NCBI GenBank assembly: GCA_019057795.1
Contig: JAHLWS010000053.1
Coordinates: forward strand, 32,001-96,000
From: Promethearchaeota archaeon
GTDB taxonomy: Archaea > Asgardarchaeota > Lokiarchaeia > Sigyniarchaeales > SOKP01
Direction: 5' to 3'
DNA: 64,000 nt
Both the position numbers and the translations under genes were made by a program. The notes under the pieces are model-generated. The model saw only the letters and a program-made list of their open reading frames with translations, ran no database searches and was not told where the DNA came from. Below, piece after piece: positions 57,752 to 64,000 of this stretch (within the stretch, counting starts at the first letter, position 1; each line of letters begins with the position of its first letter).

Positions 57752-59290
57752 ATGACTGATTCTATGGTATTAAACGATAAATTAATCAGTTTCTGTCAGA
57801 AAATTCATCCTTATAACATCCCTTGTATAAAGTTCAAAGAATTGGATGTTAGGTATAAATTAATATACAAAAAAGAATATAAAATTGACGAAAATGATAT
57901 TAATAAAGCTAGTTTTATAATATTTCTAATATCTTTTATAGTCCTCTTTATTACTTCAATATTTATCACAAATTTTAGTTTAATAATAGTAACAATTTAT
58001 TCTTTTACCTTAGCATTAATTTTTTCTTATACTTTTAATATTAGGTTTTTTAAAGAGATTAAAAAGAAAGAGAAGCAAATAAATGCCTTATTGTATCTTG
58101 TTAAGATTTATTTTTCCTTAATTCAAAAATCATTAGGAGAAAACGCAGATTATTCCATCAATTTTATTAAGTTAATTAAAGAGTATAAACTTCCAATATC
58201 AAAAGACTTTGGAGAAATATTAAGTAAAATTCAGCTGGGTGAAAATCCAGAAGCTTTGTTGTCTGAGATTATTACACCCTCAGAAGATTTTAATTCTTAT
58301 TTAAAGAACTTACTCTTATCAAATTTCAGTCATAATAGCAATAGTGATGTTTTTAGTGAAAATTCATTAGAAAAACAATTTAGAACATATCTGAGAGAAA
58401 TTGAATCTAAATTAACCGTTATATTCTTTATTGGCTTATTTTTCCCCTTAGGTTTATGTTTTTTAATCTTATTTCAAAGAATTAATTATTTTTTATTAAT
58501 TTCTATTTTACCGCTTTTTTTCTTCTCTTTAAAATTTCTAAATAAAAAATTTTTAAAAAATGACTTTTTTTTGTTAGGATTAATAAACAATTACTCAAAG
58601 AAGGAGAAAACAAAATTTGATGAATTTATTTCCTTCCTTATTGGTTTTACTATGAATTTAAAAAGAAATATTTCTCCTGAAATAGCATTTATTAAGTCAT
58701 ATTCCCAAAATAAACGACAATTTAAATTATTAGAAAAACCATTAAAATCACAAGTTTCACAACTTTTAAACTTCTCTTGCTCATTTGACGAAATACTAGA
58801 AAACCTACATTTTGAATTGAAATCGATACGATTTAAATTAATTTTGAATGTTATAGGGAAGATTGTTGCTGAGAATGCTTACCTCTCTCATGAAAAGATA
58901 ACAGATATCTTAAATGTAATATCAAATCACCAAAAACTCGAAAACCGGTTAGAAATAATAATACGAGGAGAAAGATTTAAAGTTTTATTGTTTTTATTTT
59001 TGTTACCTATAATTATTGGAGGAATTGGAGGGTTAGTTCCATTATTTAATTTTTTGATTAGCAATGTTAATTTTAATCCTGGTTTCAACTTAACTTCTTT
59101 ATTCGATTTAATATTTACTTATGATTTTATTATAATATTTTTCTCCCTCTTATATTGTGTTTATGTATCCTCCTATTATTTTTTAAGAATAATAAACTAC
59201 GAAAGAAGGAAAATTTTATTGGTTGTTTCTAATACATTATATGGATTAGCATTTTTCTTCTCGTGTATAAATATATTAAATTACATTTAA
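57752..59290 (+). CDS. TadB/TadC-like (T2SSF) membrane platform protein, two repeats
   Basis: ILSKIQLGENPEALL and NLKRNISPEIAF repeats, multiple TMs; follows the ATPase. Confidence 0.75.
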   Translation: MTDSMVLNDKLISFCQKIHPYNIPCIKFKELDVRYKLIYKKEYKIDENDINKASFIIFLISFIVLFITSIFITNFSLIIVTIYSFTLALIFSYTFNIRFFKEIKKKEKQINALLYLVKIYFSLIQKSLGENADYSINFIKLIKEYKLPISKDFGEILSKIQLGENPEALLSEIITPSEDFNSYLKNLLLSNFSHNSNSDVFSENSLEKQFRTYLREIESKLTVIFFIGLFFPLGLCFLILFQRINYFLLISILPLFFFSLKFLNKKFLKNDFFLLGLINNYSKKEKTKFDEFISFLIGFTMNLKRNISPEIAFIKSYSQNKRQFKLLEKPLKSQVSQLLNFSCSFDEILENLHFELKSIRFKLILNVIGKIVAENAYLSHEKITDILNVISNHQKLENRLEIIIRGERFKVLLFLFLLPIIIGGIGGLVPLFNFLISNVNFNPGFNLTSLFDLIFTYDFIIIFFSLLYCVYVSSYYFLRIINYERRKILLVVSNTLYGLAFFFSCINILNYI

Positions 59291-59308
59291 GAAAGAGTTG
59301 AAGAATTC

Positions 59309-59605
59309 CTAACTAAATAAAAAAACATAAATTAATTCTATAAACAAAAAAATTCCAATAAAAATAACGATTAATTTAGAATAAGACACCACAGTTTTAA
59401 AGAACACAGTTTCAAAACCTTTACTAAAAGCAAAAACCTCTATTTCATTTAAAATTTGAAAAAATGGCATCAAAAAAATAAAAAACAAGACTATAGAAAT
59501 AAAAATTGCAATAGGCTCAGCAGATATAACCGAAAACGCAAAAATAAAAATAAAAAATGCTAATAACGAATAGAATTCAAATATAATTAAATTAATCTCT
59601 GACAT
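59309..59605 (-). CDS. Small hydrophobic membrane protein
   Basis: Three hydrophobic segments; fills the gap between convergent genes. Confidence 0.5.
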   Translation of the reverse strand: MSEINLIIFEFYSLLAFFIFIFAFSVISAEPIAIFISIVLFFIFLMPFFQILNEIEVFAFSKGFETVFFKTVVSYSKLIVIFIGIFLFIELIYVFLFS

Positions 59606-59811
59606 GTACAATATTTATTAAAGAAAAAACTATTTAAATTTCTAAGATTATAAAAAGTATTAAAAAAAAAATAGAGAATTAGGAAGAATTTTATAATATA
59701 TTATAATGTTAATAATTATTTTGAAATTATATTTTTATTAAAAAGATTGCAATAACTACTGTAATATTACTAATTACTATAGAATAATATGAAAAGGGGT
59801 TAATTAAAATT

Positions 59812-60300
59812 ATGAGAAATTTAAAAATGAAGGGATTAAAGTATAGTAATGGGAAATACGAACTATTTAATGAACGTTTTGTATTTTTCCCTCCACAAAT
59901 CATTGACATTTTATCATCAATTTATGGGGAAGGTGTAAAATCTTTATTAGTGTGGTTAGGTAAAAAAGTTGGTTGGGCATTAATTCAAAAGTGGGATGAT
60001 AATTTAAAATCTAAAACATTAAATGATCTAGTCAATCAATTTAGTAGTATATTAAGCAATCATGGTTGGGGTCGTTTTACACCCAAAAAGATTTCTGATA
60101 ATTTAATTGTAATTGAGCTACATCATAACATTTCTAATGATTTAGGTAGCAAATCAAAATATACCTGTTATTACATAACAGGACTATTAGCTGGCTTTGG
60201 CGAATATGCTTTATACAGAGTAAATGTTATAGAAAATAATTGTTGTATAGAAAATCCTAGTTTAGGCTCATGTGAATTTAGAATTGAGAAAAGTATTTAA
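59812..60300 (+). CDS. V4R-domain protein (TRAPP/Bet3-related fold)
   Basis: LFNERFVFFP, HGWGRF, TCYYITGLLAG, ENNCC..CEFRI. Confidence 0.8.
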   Translation: MRNLKMKGLKYSNGKYELFNERFVFFPPQIIDILSSIYGEGVKSLLVWLGKKVGWALIQKWDDNLKSKTLNDLVNQFSSILSNHGWGRFTPKKISDNLIVIELHHNISNDLGSKSKYTCYYITGLLAGFGEYALYRVNVIENNCCIENPSLGSCEFRIEKSI

Positions 60301-60309
60301 AGACATAAT

Positions 60310-60696
60310 TTACCAAGGGTCCCATTCTTCAGGGTTAAGTACTTCACTTTCATTATTTCCAATATTTTCCTCAGTTGGTTTAGCTTGGAATTCAAGATAA
60401 TCATTATTTTCCTCGATTACCTGTTTTTGGGGGTCACTCTCGCTCGAAATTAAACTTTCTGTTAGAATTATTTGATCTTCGCCAATTACAACATCTTTAA
60501 AAGCAGTGATTAAGGATAGAAAATTAAAAAATTCTTCTTTAGCCATTTCTACGATTAAAGACTCGCTATTTTTTAACAAAGTAAGTTTAATTATCCGAAC
60601 TTCACCACTTATTTCTACTGAAGTTAATTCTATACTTTCATTTTTATTTTTTAGCTGAATTTTCCACGAAGTTTCTCTAGTTTTTTCAATTTCCAT
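60310..60696 (-). CDS. Hypothetical protein with acidic tail ending EEWDPW
   Basis: 128-aa ORF. Confidence 0.7.
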   Translation of the reverse strand: MEIEKTRETSWKIQLKNKNESIELTSVEISGEVRIIKLTLLKNSESLIVEMAKEEFFNFLSLITAFKDVVIGEDQIILTESLISSESDPQKQVIEENNDYLEFQAKPTEENIGNNESEVLNPEEWDPW

Positions 60697-60845
60697 TCTT
60701 TAAATTACACTCTTAAGATAATTAAAATTCAATAATTTAATAAAAATTAACTAATTTATAATTTTCTTTATAATTTTCATATCGTTTTTAACTAATAATG
60801 CTAAAAAAGGGAACTCACTTTTTCAAATTATTTAACAAAGATAAT

Positions 60846-61505
60846 TCAAAGATAATTGAATATTAAAAAATTATATACAAAAAAAATAAGGATAAGGATT
60901 GGAGGTCTATATTGGGTTAAAAATTGAAATTTTTCTGTTTTATTATTATAAAATAGAATTAATGATTTTAAGAGATATTTTTCGCCAGTGGATTTATTGA
61001 GTTGTGAAAAATCTCTAAATTTATAAAATATTTCAATAAATATTTTTTGTATTTTTGAGAAATTTTCATTTTCACTAAAAAACATCTCATAGACATTCAT
61101 ATTTGTTAAATTGTGTGTAATTAGATAACTAATTATTCCCATTATTAAATATAATAACAATAAAATGGAAAAAAATAAAAGTAACCATTGAAAATTCAAA
61201 TAATATATTGGATTAAAAAGAAACAGCATTGTTAATAACTTACCATCACTTCCTCCTATTATCTTTAAACAAAATAATATGAATGATAAAAAAAACGCTA
61301 AGAAAAGAAACCATATCTTTCCTATTATAAAAATTATTATATTATTATAAAAATGCAAAAATTCAATAAAAATTAAGAAGCTACCTATTAAAAAAAGAAC
61401 AGAAAGAACTTTATTGGGTATTATTCTAAACCTGATATCTCGATACATGCAATAAAATAAAACTATATTTGAATAGAAAAAAAAAAAGAAAACATTTAAA
61501 ATCAT
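60846..61505 (-). CDS. Prepilin peptidase, A24 family
   Basis: DIRFRIIPN and IGGSDGKL catalytic Asp motifs; multiple TMs. Confidence 0.85.
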   Translation of the reverse strand: MILNVFFFFFYSNIVLFYCMYRDIRFRIIPNKVLSVLFLIGSFLIFIEFLHFYNNIIIFIIGKIWFLFLAFFLSFILFCLKIIGGSDGKLLTMLFLFNPIYYLNFQWLLLFFSILLLLYLIMGIISYLITHNLTNMNVYEMFFSENENFSKIQKIFIEIFYKFRDFSQLNKSTGEKYLLKSLILFYNNKTEKFQFLTQYRPPILILIFFVYNFLIFNYL

Positions 61506-61509
61506 TTGT

Positions 61510-61794
61510 TCATAATTCTCCTTCCCAAATTTCTATAAATTTCTTTAAACTCTTTGCGCGAATGTTTTCAGTTTTATATCGATATATTTTAATCCGTCCA
61601 AATATTTTTTCTTGAATCAGATTTAAGGATTTTAAATGGTTTAGATGAGATTTAACGCTTGTGTGATTCAGTCTTGATTTTTTTATAATTTGAGATATTG
61701 ATAATTCATGGTTTATAGCAAGTATTTTTAATATTTTTATTCTCGCTTTTGAACCCAATAAATTCTCTATGTTAAAATTTTCTTTAACTATCAA
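61510..61794 (-). CDS. ArsR-like winged-helix protein
   Basis: LGSKARIKIL, LSISQI..LNH, FGRIKIY; start overlaps the cdc6 stop. Confidence 0.8.
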   Translation of the reverse strand: MIVKENFNIENLLGSKARIKILKILAINHELSISQIIKKSRLNHTSVKSHLNHLKSLNLIQEKIFGRIKIYRYKTENIRAKSLKKFIEIWEGEL

Positions 61795-63005
61795 ATCTTA
61801 ATTCCCTTAGATTGTAAAATGTTTATGATTATTTCTTCAAATTTTGAAAGTGAAATCTCTTGAACTGCAATTAAAGCCCTTCGACCTTTTATAGACTCAC
61901 TTTTGATCTCCACAGTAATTAAATTCTCTCTTTTAAAATCTTGAAGATAATTCCATAATTGTGAATACGACCGCGGTTGAATTCCTAAATTTTCGCATAA
62001 AATCAAATATGAATTTGTAATTACTATTGAAGAAATTTGAATCTTTCCACTTTTCTTTAAAGCTTTTATAATTGCTAATAAGAAAATTACTTTCTGTAAT
62101 GTCATATATTTTAAAATATCTAGAGTAGAAAATGGAACTATATCATGATTTCCAAGACGTACGCATTCCATAGTGATATATTTTAAATCCTGATTTTCAG
62201 CAATTTTACTTGATTTCCATATAAGATTTAACCCATATCTAATATCTCCACTTTGATAAACCAAATCTGATATAGTTTTGATTAATTTGTTAGAAATTAT
62301 ATTCTCTTTTAAACTTATCTCTGCTCTGTACTTCAAAATGTCATACAATTGCTCTTTTGTGTAATTTTTAAATTTGATTATATTCCTTTGAAGCGTACTC
62401 ATAGTACTAACATCTAAGTTGCTTAAACACGAGATATTTCTCGCTATTCCAATAATAGAAATGCGTTGTCGAGCGTTAAAAGAATCATCGTTAATTCTCG
62501 TAAGAGAATATACCAGATCTCCACCATTATTTATTAAATAACCTAATTCATCCAATACAATTAAAAGCTGTAAGTTTTGGTTATTAACTGAGTCTACAAT
62601 AATATCTAGTAAATCTTGGGGCGAATATCCTCTTTTTGGAAAATTTTTGTTAAGTGCGCGAACGATTTTGATTAGAACTTTGTAACTAGTTCTTTCTTTC
62701 CTACAATTTATATGTACATATTTGATTAAAATTGATCTTTTTTCTGCGGCATTTGTTATCATCTCTCCAAACAATTTAATTGCTGCTGTTTTCCCTATTC
62801 CCGTTTTTCCTATAATTAATATTTTACGCGATATAGAATTTGGATTTGTTATTAACACTAAAAAAAGTTGAGATAATAGCGCCAATTCCTTTTCTCGATG
62901 TAGTAACTTCTTTGGAACGAAATTAATATCAAGTTTACTCTCGTTTTTGAATAATGAAGGTTTTTTTAGTAAATCTTCAAAGTAGTCTATTGTTATAAAG
63001 AACAC
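61791..63005 (-). CDS. cdc6: Cdc6/Orc1 replication initiator, intact ATPase motifs (start uncertain: GTG 63005 or ATA 62996)
   Basis: FVPKKLLHREKE, GKTGIGKT, HINCR, IVLDE, YSLTR, GDIRYGL, GRRA wing. Confidence 0.93.
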   Translation of the reverse strand: MFFITIDYFEDLLKKPSLFKNESKLDINFVPKKLLHREKELALLSQLFLVLITNPNSISRKILIIGKTGIGKTAAIKLFGEMITNAAEKRSILIKYVHINCRKERTSYKVLIKIVRALNKNFPKRGYSPQDLLDIIVDSVNNQNLQLLIVLDELGYLINNGGDLVYSLTRINDDSFNARQRISIIGIARNISCLSNLDVSTMSTLQRNIIKFKNYTKEQLYDILKYRAEISLKENIISNKLIKTISDLVYQSGDIRYGLNLIWKSSKIAENQDLKYITMECVRLGNHDIVPFSTLDILKYMTLQKVIFLLAIIKALKKSGKIQISSIVITNSYLILCENLGIQPRSYSQLWNYLQDFKRENLITVEIKSESIKGRRALIAVQEISLSKFEEIIINILQSKGIKI

Positions 63006-63266
63006 CCGATAAAATTATATTAAAAGTTAGAAAATTATTGTATATAATAAAATACAGAGTAGTAGTTTTTGATTATTAAAATAATAATTTAACATTTAAT
63101 CAAACAATTTTCTCTCTGGAAATACCAAACAAATCTCGTAATATCAATACTCACTCTCAAAATACTTAAAAAAAATGCGTAATAATTTTTTGTCGGACAT
63201 TTCATGCCATCATTGTATCTATAGAATCTACAATTTAAATAAATATTAACAAATCAAATAAATAAA

Positions 63267-64000
63267 TTAGAATTTAAATGTTAGATCTCTAATTAATTTG
63301 AATTTTGTTCTTTTTCTAATATTAACTTTCATACAAATAGAAGTAAAAAGGATAATTAAAATCGAAAAAAGAAAAATGTTTGTTGTAAAAAATAAATTAA
63401 AAACCCCTTGACTTAAAAAGTTTTGAATTTTAAAGTTCAAAGTTATTGTTTTATTTTCTAGATATTTGGTGCCGTTGAATACGATGTCAACATAAAACTT
63501 TTTTTCATTTTCTTTAAATCTAAAGTTATTTGAAGAGATTTCAATATCTACAAATCCCGATTGGTTGGTTTTAAATTGATCTTCATATTCCAATGTTAAA
63601 TCATTATAAATAATTGTTTTTAAAATCTGGTTTTTAAGTGGTTTTATACTTTGGTTGAAAAAATAGAAGTAAAGGTTGATTGTTATTATATAATGGTTTT
63701 CTAAATTGTTATCGAATCTCAATATTTCTACGAAAATTGCTAGTTTTTCTACAAAAATTTCATAAGAAAATGTAGCATTATTATAAATCATGTTATTTCT
63801 TATGTCAAAGATTATATTATTTTCTCCTAAATTTAAATGAGAAATTGTTGATATATTAAATGAAATTTCCCCACTCTCGTTTGTTGTAAAATTATTTTGA
63901 TAAAGTATTTTCTTATTAGAAATTATTTCAAAATGAAAAGTTTCGTTAACTAAATAAGAGTGGTTGTCTGTGCTATAAAATTTTGCTGTAAAAAAGTTAT
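63267..64000 (-). CDS. Ig-like-domain surface protein with C-terminal TM, 5' part outside the window
   Basis: Frame open to the window end; PLKNQ..KTNQSG..FNGTKYL Ig-like pattern; C-terminal TM and basic tail. Confidence 0.7.
   Translation of the reverse strand, partial: NFFTAKFYSTDNHSYLVNETFHFEIISNKKILYQNNFTTNESGEISFNISTISHLNLGENNIIFDIRNNMIYNNATFSYEIFVEKLAIFVEILRFDNNLENHYIITINLYFYFFNQSIKPLKNQILKTIIYNDLTLEYEDQFKTNQSGFVDIEISSNNFRFKENEKKFYVDIVFNGTKYLENKTITLNFKIQNFLSQGVFNLFFTTNIFLFSILIILFTSICMKVNIRKRTKFKLIRDLTFKF

Noticed and set aside
63006-63266. Origin upstream of the intact cdc6 (TTTCCAGAGAGAAAA at 63108-63122, minus) and an 18-aa uORF at 63144-63200
   Set aside because: One imperfect box with no partner or G-string; the uORF has no SD or distinctive composition
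1-64000. CRISPR array, rRNA, transposase or integrase
   Set aside because: No regularly spaced repeats, long GC-rich RNA gene or recombinase motifs were seen by eye

Overview
A very AT-rich archaeal chromosomal segment. The gene content and Asgard-type proteins (roadblock, longin/uDENN, V4R, EMC6-like) point to a Lokiarchaeia/Asgard archaeon (inference). It is mostly housekeeping: smc-scpA-scpB, two Cdc6/Orc1 paralogues, rpl15e, rpl3-rpl4-rpl23, RNase P subunits, RqcH, ABCE1, class I LysRS, Trm5, TgtA, TFB, PyrI, tRNA-Arg(TCT), tRNA-Ile(GAT) and a dispersed Tad/type IV pilus system. No CRISPR array, rRNA or transposase was seen. The strongest signals are not in the ORF track. (1) A 16-codon Trp-rich leader peptide (MVTKDILFCWQWPWRS, 29813-29863 minus) with a hairpin plus U-tract and alternative pairings lies upstream of trpB2, a candidate ribosome-mediated Trp attenuator in an Asgard archaeon. 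(2) The condensin-like system is atypical: SMC has no canonical hinge (replaced by a duplicated 55-aa helical unit) and arms built of 90- and 97/98-aa modules, and ScpA has a hidden N-terminal SAP/HeH-like module reachable only from an ATT start. (3) Non-canonical ATT/ATC starts occur at the same SD spacing as normal genes. (4) trpB2 contains an in-frame UGA. (5) An ORB-like inverted pair flanks an AT-rich tract next to RHH/wHTH genes. (6) There is a stand-alone 9-codon micro-ORF with SD and terminator. All calls come from reading the sequence; no searches were run.
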